Assembly: GCA_003021655.1 (NCBI GenBank)
Contig: PXRP01000048.1
Location: 1 to 24,000, forward strand
Direction: 5' to 3'
DNA from: Halobacteriales archaeon QS_4_69_31
GTDB taxonomy: Archaea > Halobacteriota > Halobacteria > Halobacteriales > Haloarculaceae
Length of the DNA stretch: 24,000 nt
Part shown: piece after piece, positions 1 through 7,954 of the stretch
How the letters are laid out: each line of letters begins with the position of its first letter
How positions within the stretch are numbered: the first letter of the stretch is position 1
Notes under the pieces: model-generated
The model's database searches: none
What the model saw: the letters and a program-made list of their open reading frames with translations, nothing else
Told to the model about the DNA's origin: nothing
Program-made: the position numbers and the translations under genes

Positions 1-149
1 CGGCCGCCCACCCGACACTCGCCATGTTGACCGGGCTCATCACCGTCGTCGTGCTGACCGCGTCGCTGCTGTTGACCGTCGCCTTCCCCCTGCTGTTCGC
101 CGGCGTCGCCGCGGGGTTTCACCACCACATCGTCCAGCACACCGAGTGA
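1..149 (+). CDS. 3' end of a gene entering from upstream; hydrophobic C-terminal segment (..MLTGLITVVVLTASLLLTVAFPLLFAGVAAGFHHHIVQHTE*)
   Basis: The reading frame is open from base 3 to the TGA at 147-149. The translation is a plausible TM helix. It is too short for the ORF track. It converges on the minus-strand membrane gene that ends at 165. Confidence 0.3.
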   Translation, partial: AAHPTLAMLTGLITVVVLTASLLLTVAFPLLFAGVAAGFHHHIVQHTE

Positions 150-164
150 CCGGGTGGCCGGCTC

Positions 165-719
165 TCACCGTTCGCGAGCACGCCGCACGCCGAGCCCCCA
201 CAGGTGTGCGGCGACGACCGCGCCGTAGGCGCCGGCGAGCGACGCGACGATGGGGCCGGCGCGGTGGATCTGGAGGGCGACCGACCCGAGTGCGGCGGCC
301 ATGTTGAGCGCGACGGCCCCGGAGATCCACCGCGGGAAGTAGGCGGGGTGGGCGGCGACCGGGGTGACCCGTTGCCGCGAGAATTCGGCCCGGAGCGAGC
401 GGTTCTCGGCGAATGCCCCGAGTGCCGCGGGCACGAGGTAGAACGCCGCGAGGAACAGACAGAGGACGGCGGTCGACCCGCCGGACAGCAACAGCGTCTC
501 CCCCGAGTCCAGGTCCGGCCCCTGGAGGTCGTGAGAGCGCCGTAGACGGTGACCACGAGCGCGACCCCCGGCGGGAGCAGGTAGCCGACGGCCACGACGG
601 TGCCGCCCACGCTTTCGAAGAGAGGCGCTCGGGGGTCGCGCAGGAACTGGGGCGCGGACTCCACGTCGGCAGCCGCGTGGATCACTCCGAGGAGATATCC
701 GAGGAGCACGGCCAACGGG
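165..719 (-). pseudogene. Decayed membrane-protein gene, N-terminally truncated at the IS remnant and frameshifted near 530-550
   Basis: Two minus-strand frames each give membrane-like sequence for only part of the region. The 119..715 frame reads (SIIP)LAVLLGYLLGVIHAAADVE..VVAVGYLLPPGVALVVTVYGA and then turns Arg/Pro-rich. The 165..935 frame reads ..GETLLLSGGSTAVLCLFLAAFYLVPAALGAF..ISGAVALNMAAALGSVALQIH..AYGAVVAAHLWGL*. There is no ATG for the distal part, and the only start for the proximal part is a TTG. Confidence 0.4.
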
Positions 720-935
720 ATGATAGATCGACACCAGCATCTTGCGAGCTGTTGCGACGATTGCTTCCTTCGCGCTTTTCTTTCCTGCTAGCCGTTCGTA
801 GAACCGGCTTATCTCACCGACTTCGGCGTAGACCGTCAACGCCGTGTAGTGGCTCACGCCCGGAATCGTCAACGACAACGAGCAGACTGTCGTTCGCTCC
901 GAAGAATTCGTTACGGATGACGGCGTCCGCATCAA
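720..935 (-). mobile_element. IS110-family transposase remnant (C-terminal fragments only, internally deleted)
   Basis: The minus-strand translation is ..LTIPGVSHYTALTVYAEVGEISRF|YERLAGKKSAKEAIVATARKMLVSIYH. It matches two conserved IS110 C-terminal blocks (IPGVG..A..L.AEIGDISRF and FYERL..GK..K.A.VA.ARKLL..IY) joined in frame with about 70 aa missing. The catalytic N-terminal domain is absent. The region is visibly more AT-rich than its flanks. Confidence 0.55.
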
Positions 936-1063
936 CCAGGTCGAATGCCTCTGGTCGCTCGTGAATCTGTGATTGCGGAAGTTTCGGGAAAGAGGGATAT
1001 GACGCGGCTGATCCGTGCAGGGAGGGAAGCGACCGAGGCGTGCAGTGAGACGCGACCCGGCCG

Positions 1064-3154
1064 TCAGGAGATGAGGGTCACGGCGTACCAGACGACCAGC
1101 GCGATGGTCGGGAGGGTGACGGCGAACTTCAGCCCGGCCATCAGGCTCACCTCGCGGATGTAGCCGGCGATAAACGACGAGAGCAGCGCCTGGAGGACGA
1201 CGGCGTGGAAGAACAGGACCGAGAGCATCTGCGTGTTGACGCCGCTGAAGTCGGCGCCCGGCCCGCGCGAACTGCCGGTCGAGGCCGTCTGGTCGGCGAG
1301 GTCGGCCATCACGTTGAGGAACTTCACCTTCAGCAGGGCCATCACGCCCAGCAGCGTCAGGTAGGTCATGATGATGATGACCATCTGCATCCGGGTCCGG
1401 GACTTGCGCTCGCGGTCGATGTCGTCCTGGTTCTCGCTGGCCTGTGCCGCCGTCGAGAGGACGTCCTGGATCTGGCTGGAGGCCTCCTGAGCCTCGCTGA
1501 TGAGCTTGACCGTCCGGGCCAGCCGCGGGATGTGGTAGTGGTTGTTGAACTCCCGGAGGGCGTCTTTCAGGCTCGTCCCGTAGCTGACCTTCGCGTGCAT
1601 CGCCTCCAGTTCCTCGGCCATCCGTCCCGAGGAAGTCTCGGCGACCACCTTGACCGATTCGAGCAGGGTCATCCCGGTGTCGTTGGCGCTCGCGAGTTTC
1701 CGGAGGTTCTCGGAGAGGTTCCCGATGACGCTACGGCGGGTGCGCAGGTTCCACTCGTAGAATATCGCCAGCGGCAGGAGGTTCAGGTAGATGGGGATGT
1801 ACACCCAGACGAACGTCCCCACGATGACCGGGTACTGCCAGCGCTTGACCGGGTCGTTGAGCGTGTCGGGCACGTCACCGCCCTTGGGGACGACCAGTTC
1901 CGAGATCGACAGCGGTGCCAGATGGAAGGCGTACGTCAGCGCCAGCACGACGAGCGTGAACGGGACGGTCAACGCGAGCGCCACCAGCGGGTTGTCCCGG
2001 AAGAAGATGTGTGGGGCCTTCAGCACCTCTATGACCCGGTAGGTCCCCTCGCGGTTCTTGATGCGGTCGAAGACGCCGAACTCGCCGGTGTAGTTCTCGA
2101 CGATGCCGAGGCTGACCACGCCGTCGTCGGCCTCGACGATGCTCTCGTCGCCCCGGTCGGGCCGGAGGTAGCCGTCGCCGATGCTGTCCTGGGTGACCGT
2201 CGAGGTCAACACGAGAAAGCCGACCCCGGTCAGCGGGATCAGTCCGTAGACCGTCCCGAGCATCATGTCCATCTTCGACCCCGCGGACATCATGCTCATG
2301 ATGACGAGGATGATGATGAGCAACAGGGGAAACAGCGAGAGGGTCATGTACATCTCGCCGAACAGCTCAAGGGTGTCGAGCATCTTCTTCTGTTCCTGCT
2401 TGGCCGTGCGCATGTGCTTGTCCTTCTGGTCTTCCAGGAACGAGGTCATGTCGCCCCCGGAGTTGATGATAGAGAGCATGTCGGTCAGAAACTGGCTGAG
2501 TTCCTCGCTGGGGGTCTGGAGCGCCTGGTTGCGGATGGCCGTCCTGTAGTCGGTGTCGAAGTACTCGGTCTCGAGGACGACCACCTGGAACTCGCGGGCG
2601 ACCTCGCCGTAGGTGTCGTCGGCTTTCGCCATCGCCTGGAGGACCTCGAGCTGGTTCAGCCCGCCGACCGACAGCGCGTACATGAACGCGATCGAGTCCG
2701 AGAGGAGGACGTTGATCTCGCGTTTCCGGGAGTTCGACCGGAAGTAGGGTATCGAGACGAGCGACCCGAAGCCGATGGCGAAGCCGATGAACCCGAACAC
2801 CAGTCCCGAGATGAAGACGATAGCCGGGACCTTCACCATCCGGACGAACTCCTGGACCTGGCCCTCCAGGCGGAGGCCGAGAAACGCCGGGTTCTGGAGG
2901 CCGAGCAACTGGACGACGAGATACCCCACCAGCATGCCGAGCAGCCAGAGGGTCAGCCCGGCGATCGCCCCGACGGCCAGCGACCGCGAGATGTACATCT
3001 CGACGTTGTCGGCCATCCACGCCTCCCCGAGTTTGTCCTCGACGCTGCCGACGAAGTCGCCGTCCTCGTCGAACAGCCACTGGTAGAGGGGGTAGAAGGC
3101 GTCCCCGAGCGTGCTGGTCGACCCGGCCGTGCCTGACCCACGCCCGAGGCTCAT
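1064..3154 (-). CDS. pilC: Type IV pilus/archaellum-family polytopic membrane platform protein (T2SS-F / TadC / FlaJ superfamily, PilC-like)
   Basis: 696-aa ORF with several long hydrophobic helices separated by acidic cytoplasmic domains, the layout typical of haloarchaeal PilC. Its ATG overlaps the stop of the upstream ATPase gene (TCAT at 3151-3154). At 696 aa it seems larger than the archaellum ArlJ proteins I recall. Confidence 0.85.
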   Translation of the reverse strand: MSLGRGSGTAGSTSTLGDAFYPLYQWLFDEDGDFVGSVEDKLGEAWMADNVEMYISRSLAVGAIAGLTLWLLGMLVGYLVVQLLGLQNPAFLGLRLEGQVQEFVRMVKVPAIVFISGLVFGFIGFAIGFGSLVSIPYFRSNSRKREINVLLSDSIAFMYALSVGGLNQLEVLQAMAKADDTYGEVAREFQVVVLETEYFDTDYRTAIRNQALQTPSEELSQFLTDMLSIINSGGDMTSFLEDQKDKHMRTAKQEQKKMLDTLELFGEMYMTLSLFPLLLIIILVIMSMMSAGSKMDMMLGTVYGLIPLTGVGFLVLTSTVTQDSIGDGYLRPDRGDESIVEADDGVVSLGIVENYTGEFGVFDRIKNREGTYRVIEVLKAPHIFFRDNPLVALALTVPFTLVVLALTYAFHLAPLSISELVVPKGGDVPDTLNDPVKRWQYPVIVGTFVWVYIPIYLNLLPLAIFYEWNLRTRRSVIGNLSENLRKLASANDTGMTLLESVKVVAETSSGRMAEELEAMHAKVSYGTSLKDALREFNNHYHIPRLARTVKLISEAQEASSQIQDVLSTAAQASENQDDIDRERKSRTRMQMVIIIMTYLTLLGVMALLKVKFLNVMADLADQTASTGSSRGPGADFSGVNTQMLSVLFFHAVVLQALLSSFIAGYIREVSLMAGLKFAVTLPTIALVVWYAVTLIS

Positions 3155-5670
3155 GTCTCGTCAGCCTCCGCACCGGCCGCGGGCACGAACTCGCTGAAGT
3201 CGATCTCGTCGTCGCCGGTGCTCTCGACGGGCGTTATCTCGCCGGCCTCCTCGTTGACGCCCGAGTCGGCCAGCGCACTGACGATGTCGGAGGTCTCCTT
3301 CTCGCGGATCCGCTGGAACAGCGGTTCGGCGTTCTCGAGGATCTCGCCCGTCTCTGCGAGCATCTCGTCGGGCGGGTCGGGCCGGGGCACCATCTCCTCT
3401 TTCTCGGGGTCGATGTCGATCTTGACCGACTCCATCTCCCGGAGGTCCTCCAGGGACCGCTCTAGGTGGCCGTCGGCGATCAGCGCCATGATCGTGTCCG
3501 GGTCGTTGATGAACGCCTGGACTGTCGCCGCCACCTCCGTGTAGGTGTTGAGGTCGTTCTCGATGAGATACGCGAGGACGACCTTCCGGCGGAACAACTC
3601 TTCGTCGAGGCGTTCCTGGTTCCACCCGCGGTCGAACTTGAGTTCCTCGAGGGTGTTGGAGTTGCCCATCTGGAGGAACTCGTCGGTCTCGGCCTGCCAC
3701 TCGTAGACGTCCCTGACGTTGACCTCGTCGTGTTCCGCGGAGTACTCGTTTATCTCGGTCAGCGTCTTGTTCCGACGGACTTTGTTGCCGTCGACGCGGG
3801 TCTGTGTCTGGATCGACACCAGGTCAAGCGCCGTAAACAGCGTCTTCGAGACGTTGATCGGGTCGGTCGTGAATCGCTTGATGACCTCGCCGACCGAGTC
3901 GGCGTGGAAGGTGGTGTAGGTGGTGTGCCCCGTCGACATGACCTGGAAGAGGTCACGGCCCTCCTCGCCACGGACCTCCCCCATGACGATGTAGTCGGGG
4001 CGCTGGCGCAGTGCGGCCTCCAGCAGGTCGAACTCGTCGACATCGCCCGTGTCGTCCTCGCCGAAAGAGGGGCGGGTGACGCTGGCGACCCAGTTGCGCT
4101 GGGGGAGTTCGACCTCGCGGGTGTCCTCGATGGAGACGATCTTCGCGTTGCTCGGGATGAAAAGCGAGATGGCGTTCAGCGAGGTGGTCTTCCCCGAGGC
4201 GGTCCCGCCCGCGAAGATCATCGACCTGTTGTTCTCGATACAGAGCCACAGGAACGCCATCTCGTCCAGCGAGAAGGTGTTCCAGTTGATGAGGTCGACG
4301 GGCGTGAACGGGACGTCCTTGAACTGCCGGATGGTGTAGTTGGTCCCGTGGTCTGACACCTCCCGGCCCAGCGTCAACTGGGCGCGCGAGCCGTCCGGGA
4401 GAGTGGTGTCGACCTGGGGCTGGCGCTTCGAGATGCCCTTGCCCGACCGCTGGGCGAGTTTCACCACGAAGTCGTCCAGCGAGGCCTCGCCGTGTTCGAC
4501 GTTGGTGATGATGTTCTCGTACTCGGTGTGGTAGACGAACACCCGCGAGTTGTAGCCGTCACAGGAGATGTCCTCGACGTTGATGTCGTGTTTGACCGGG
4601 TCGATGCGGGCGTAGCCGATGAAGTCGCGTTTGAGCTTGTAGAGGAGTTTCTCGACCTGGTACTCGGTCAGGGTCGTCTCGTCCTCGTCGATGACCACCG
4701 CCTCCGGACGGGCCGCGATCCCGTCGAGTTCGCCGTCCTGGACGACCTCGTTGGCCCCCATACCGAGCGCCTCCTTGACCTGGGCGAGCACCCCTGGTCC
4801 CCGGTCGCCGGGCGGCGTGTACAGGTCGTACCGTTCGAGCAGGCGCTCGGTCTCGCGCTGGATGACGTTCGCGCGGTCGGCGTCCGACCCCTCGACGACC
4901 ACGTCGTCGTCGGAGTACTTGATGGCTGCCCGGAGTTTCCCCGAGAGGAAGTCCACCAGGTCCCGCTCGATCCGGTTCTGGTATGGCTCGATGGCGTAGT
5001 ACTTCTTCTCGTTTTCCTTGCGCGAGTGGAAGATGACCACGCAGGCGTAGGGCTTGTTCACCCAGTAGCGCTCCTCCTCGACGAAGTGTTTCTTTTTCTC
5101 CAGCGGGACGGCCTTCTCCAGGTCGTACCGGTTGACGACCGTCGTGTGGCCGTCGACCGTCGAGAAGAAGGTGTCCTCATCGAGTTCGGGGTTGACGTCG
5201 ACGGTCCGCTCGTCGACGACGTCCGCGAGTTCGGCCGCGATGTCGCCCGCCTGGGCGATGTGGTCGTCGGTCTCGTCGGGGTCGAAACCCAGGTACTCCT
5301 CCGGTTCGAACGGGACCTTCTCGCCGTTCCCGTCCCGGGGGACCGACCCGTCCTCGTTGTAGTAGTACTCCTGTTTGAAGTGTTCCCACGTGTAGCGGTC
5401 CTTGACGACCAGCGAGCGCTCGGCCTGGATCAGTTCCCCCCACTCCTGGTCTATCGTCTTGGCCGCGCCCGCGCCCGCCTCGAGGCGGTCCTCGACCGTC
5501 GCCGGGTCGAAACCCAGATACTCGCTGCGGACGAAGCGTCCTCCGGTGTGGACGTCCCGCCGGAGGTCGTTCCACGTGTACTCACCGACGACTGCGACAT
5601 CGTCTCCCGAGAATCCGGAGCCTGCGGCCGCGTCGTCAGACTCGCTTCCCCCCGTGTCATCGATTGCCAT
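3151..5670 (-). CDS. pilB: Type II/IV secretion-family hexameric ATPase (GspE/VirB11/FlaI superfamily, PilB-like) with a long acidic N-terminal region
   Basis: 839-aa acidic ORF. It carries Walker A GGTASGKTTSLNA, a Walker B/Asp-box region PDYIVMGEVRGEEG, and the TGHTTYTTFHA His-box. Start is ATG at 5668-5670. Confidence 0.9.
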   Translation of the reverse strand: MAIDDTGGSESDDAAAGSGFSGDDVAVVGEYTWNDLRRDVHTGGRFVRSEYLGFDPATVEDRLEAGAGAAKTIDQEWGELIQAERSLVVKDRYTWEHFKQEYYYNEDGSVPRDGNGEKVPFEPEEYLGFDPDETDDHIAQAGDIAAELADVVDERTVDVNPELDEDTFFSTVDGHTTVVNRYDLEKAVPLEKKKHFVEEERYWVNKPYACVVIFHSRKENEKKYYAIEPYQNRIERDLVDFLSGKLRAAIKYSDDDVVVEGSDADRANVIQRETERLLERYDLYTPPGDRGPGVLAQVKEALGMGANEVVQDGELDGIAARPEAVVIDEDETTLTEYQVEKLLYKLKRDFIGYARIDPVKHDINVEDISCDGYNSRVFVYHTEYENIITNVEHGEASLDDFVVKLAQRSGKGISKRQPQVDTTLPDGSRAQLTLGREVSDHGTNYTIRQFKDVPFTPVDLINWNTFSLDEMAFLWLCIENNRSMIFAGGTASGKTTSLNAISLFIPSNAKIVSIEDTREVELPQRNWVASVTRPSFGEDDTGDVDEFDLLEAALRQRPDYIVMGEVRGEEGRDLFQVMSTGHTTYTTFHADSVGEVIKRFTTDPINVSKTLFTALDLVSIQTQTRVDGNKVRRNKTLTEINEYSAEHDEVNVRDVYEWQAETDEFLQMGNSNTLEELKFDRGWNQERLDEELFRRKVVLAYLIENDLNTYTEVAATVQAFINDPDTIMALIADGHLERSLEDLREMESVKIDIDPEKEEMVPRPDPPDEMLAETGEILENAEPLFQRIREKETSDIVSALADSGVNEEAGEITPVESTGDDEIDFSEFVPAAGAEADET

Positions 5671-5694
5671 TACATGCTTACTGCTGGTAAGACA

Positions 5695-5708
5695 GAAAAA
5701 ACTTTACG
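5695..5708 (-). promoter_or_regulatory. Candidate BRE/TATA element for the pilB-pilC operon
   Basis: The minus strand reads cgTAAAGTTTTTTc. The T-run is centred about 28 nt upstream of the ATG at 5670, consistent with a leaderless or near-leaderless transcript. It lies in an AT-rich intergenic stretch. Confidence 0.3.
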
Positions 5709-5843
5709 CCATCATTATCAGACTCGATCGCTCGCGTTCGGCCGCTATCAGGCGTGTAATACGGCTTTACCGTCCGGTAACGGGTTCGTACAACCGGTTT
5801 TCCCAGGAGTGGCGACGATAGCGAATCAATTGAGATAATCGCG

Positions 5844-6989
5844 TCAGTCGATGAACGTCTCGATCCGGTTCAGCGCTTTCTTGAGATTCGCGAGGCTGGT
5901 CGCGTAGGTGACCCGGAGGTGACCGTCGCCGCCGGCGCCGAAGACGTGGCCGGGGACGACCGCGACGCTCTGTTCTTCGATGAGTGCCTCGGCGAAGGCG
6001 TCGCTGTTCGCCCAGGGGCACTCGGGGAAGACGTAGAACGCCCCGCTGGCCGGGAAACAGTCGATGCCCATCTCCGCGAACCGCGAGAGGACGAACTGCC
6101 GGCGGCGGTCGTAGGCCTCGCGCATCCCGGCGACGTCGTCGGCGCAGTTGTCCAGCGCCTCGATGGCCGCGTGCTGGGCCGTCGTCGGCGCCGAGAGCAT
6201 CGTGTACTGGTGGATCCGGTTCATCGACTCGATGGCCGCCGCCGGCGCCAGCGCGTACCCCAGGCGGAGGCCGGTCATCGCGTAGGCCTTCGAGAAGCCG
6301 CTGAACACGACCGTCCGCTCGCGCATCCCCTCCAGGGTGGCGATGGAGGTGTGGTTGTGTTCGTAGGTGAGCGCCGCGTAGACCTCGTCAGCGAACACCT
6401 GCATGTCGTGTTCGCGGGCGAAGGCGGCGACCGGTTCGAGTTCCGCGCGGGTCATCGTCGCCCCCGTCGGGTTGTTCGGGTAACACAGCACGAGCGTGTC
6501 CGCCGCGCCCGCGCCTGCCGCTTCGAGAACGTCGCGGGTCAGTGTGAAGTCGTCGGCCTCGCGGGTCGGCACGTCTCTCACGTCCGCCCCCGCCAGCGTC
6601 GCGCCCGGGACGTACGAGAGATAACACGGCTGTGCGACCGCGACCGTGTCGCCGGGGTCGTGGAACGCACGGAACGCCAGGTCCAGCGCCTCGCTGGCCC
6701 CCGCGGTGACCAGCACCTCGTCGTCGGGGTCGTACGCCAGGTCGTAGCGCTCGCGGGCGTCGGTCGCGATGCGTTCCCGCAGTTCTCGCAGGCCGCGGTT
6801 AGGCGTGTAGGAGGTCTGGCCCCGCTCCAGGGAGGATATCGCGGCGTCGCGTGCCGACCACGGCGGCGCGAAGTCCGGTTCGCCCACGCCCAGCGAGATG
6901 ATGTCGTCCTGTTCCTCCGCGAGTTCGAAATACCGCCGGATGCCGCTGGGTGGCACGCTGTGGAGCCGTTCGGACTCCTCGAAGGTCAT
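5844..6989 (-). CDS. Pyridoxal-phosphate-dependent class I/II aminotransferase (aspartate/aromatic aminotransferase-like)
   Basis: 381-aa acidic ORF. It has the PLP-lysine motif FSGFSKAYAMTGLRLGY and the NPTG motif (YPNNPTGATM). Its start overlaps the lrp stop (ATGA at 6986-6989). Confidence 0.9.
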   Translation of the reverse strand: MTFEESERLHSVPPSGIRRYFELAEEQDDIISLGVGEPDFAPPWSARDAAISSLERGQTSYTPNRGLRELRERIATDARERYDLAYDPDDEVLVTAGASEALDLAFRAFHDPGDTVAVAQPCYLSYVPGATLAGADVRDVPTREADDFTLTRDVLEAAGAGAADTLVLCYPNNPTGATMTRAELEPVAAFAREHDMQVFADEVYAALTYEHNHTSIATLEGMRERTVVFSGFSKAYAMTGLRLGYALAPAAAIESMNRIHQYTMLSAPTTAQHAAIEALDNCADDVAGMREAYDRRRQFVLSRFAEMGIDCFPASGAFYVFPECPWANSDAFAEALIEEQSVAVVPGHVFGAGGDGHLRVTYATSLANLKKALNRIETFID

Positions 6990-7474
6990 GGCGAGACCGA
7001 CAGCCGGTCGTCCTCGTGGCCGTCGCCGAACTCGACGCCGCGCTCCTTGTAGCTCTCCATGATGTAGTGGGTGACCGTCTGGGTGATCTCCGGGACGGGC
7101 GCGACCTTCTCGCTGATGAACCGCGAGACCTCGCTCATCGAGTCGCCCTCGACCTCCATCTGGAAGTCGAAGTCGCCGCTGACCAGCCGGAGTCCCTGGA
7201 CCTCGGGGAACTTGGCGAGGCGCGCCGCGATGTCGTCGTAGCCGGTCTCGCGGTCGAGCGTGACGTTCAACTCCACTGTCGCCCTGACGTGCTCGTGTTC
7301 GGTCTCGTCCAGGTCGACGACCGCCTGGTACCCCCGGATGATGCCCTCGGTCTCCAGGTCCTCGATCGTCGCCTCGACCTCGCTTTCGGCCAGGCCCGTC
7401 TGTCTGGCCAGGTCCTCGGTCGAGTACCGCGCGTTCTCCCGGAGCAACGCCAGGATCTCCTCACGACTGTTCAT
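6986..7474 (-). CDS. Lrp/AsnC-family transcriptional regulator (162 aa)
   Basis: The in-frame ATG at 7472-7474 gives MNSREEILALLRENARYSTEDLARQTGLAESEVEATIEDLETEGIIRGYQAVVD.., an N-terminal HTH followed by a C-terminal RAM-like domain. The rest of track ORF 6986..8968 upstream of this ATG is Arg/Pro-rich noise. Confidence 0.9.
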   Translation of the reverse strand: MNSREEILALLRENARYSTEDLARQTGLAESEVEATIEDLETEGIIRGYQAVVDLDETEHEHVRATVELNVTLDRETGYDDIAARLAKFPEVQGLRLVSGDFDFQMEVEGDSMSEVSRFISEKVAPVPEITQTVTHYIMESYKERGVEFGDGHEDDRLSVSP

Positions 7475-7738
7475 ACCTACTCTCCGCCCCAGCGCGGACA
7501 AAAGCGTTTCTCCATCGCGTGAGTGTGTGGCACGGTCGGCCGGCAGAGGCCGCCGGCCACCGCCGCGCGGTGCTTTCGCTCCTGATACTCGCGGGAGTGC
7601 GTTCTTGAGACCTCGACGGTGCCGTCGAGGAGTGTACGACCCTCGGCGTCCTCGAACGCGTCGAGACCGACGGGAAGACACGCTTCCGCGTCCGACCGAC
7701 AACGAGGTGCTCCAGGCCGCCAGGACGTTCGACGAGGC

Positions 7739-7873
7739 GGTCCGTGCGCCACGCCGGGGGTGAGGCCGTCCGTACGCCACGCACGGGATGAAACCGTATG
7801 TGCGCCACGAGAGGGAGACCCTCCGTGCGCCACGCGAGGGAGGCCCTCCGTGCGACACGCGAGGGATGAGGCC
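7739..7873. repeat. Five-unit degenerate tandem repeat, consensus core CCGTGCGCCACGCGAGGGA
   Basis: The CCACG/ACACG cores sit at 7749, 7777, 7805, 7830 and 7855, giving spacings of 28, 28, 25 and 25 bp. Each unit contains an imperfect short inverted repeat, best seen in unit 2 (CCGTACG-cca-CGCACGG). The array is intergenic, between the divergent lrp and thioredoxin-like genes. Confidence 0.75.
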
Positions 7874-7898
7874 GTCCAGCGGCCCGGCCGATAGAACT

Positions 7899-7940
7899 GG
7901 GCCGTCCCGCAGACCCAAAACGACTTGCGCGGGCCGTCCC
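7899..7940. repeat. Exact 10-mer GGGCCGTCCC repeated 32 bp apart (7899-7908 and 7931-7940)
   Basis: Read directly from the sequence. The shorter GGCCGTCC also occurs at 7764-7771 and 7870-7877, at the edges of the tandem array. Confidence 0.7.
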
Positions 7941-7954
7941 AACGAACGCCCGTC

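Noticed and set aside
1205-3136. 643-aa plus-strand ORF antisense to pilC, and the similar ORFs 3466..4356 and 4492..5838 antisense to pilB
   Set aside because: Their composition is Arg/Gly/Pro/His/Val-rich with no motifs, which is typical of shadow ORFs in high-GC DNA. The opposite strand encodes clear PilC and PilB homologues.
1064-5670. Considered annotating the ATPase/platform pair as archaellum arlI/arlJ
   Set aside because: Both proteins (839 and 696 aa) seem larger than the ArlI/ArlJ proteins I recall. No archaellin or arlC-H genes are adjacent. A PilB/PilC-type assignment fits better, although phylogeny is needed.
5919-7052. 377-aa plus-strand ORF antisense to the aminotransferase
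   Set aside because: It is Arg-rich shadow ORF sequence. The minus strand has the PLP-lysine motif and an acidic composition.
7739-7873. Considered whether the tandem repeats are a small CRISPR array
   Set aside because: The units are directly adjacent with 25-28 bp periods, so there are no unique spacers. They are degenerate, and no cas genes or leader are nearby.
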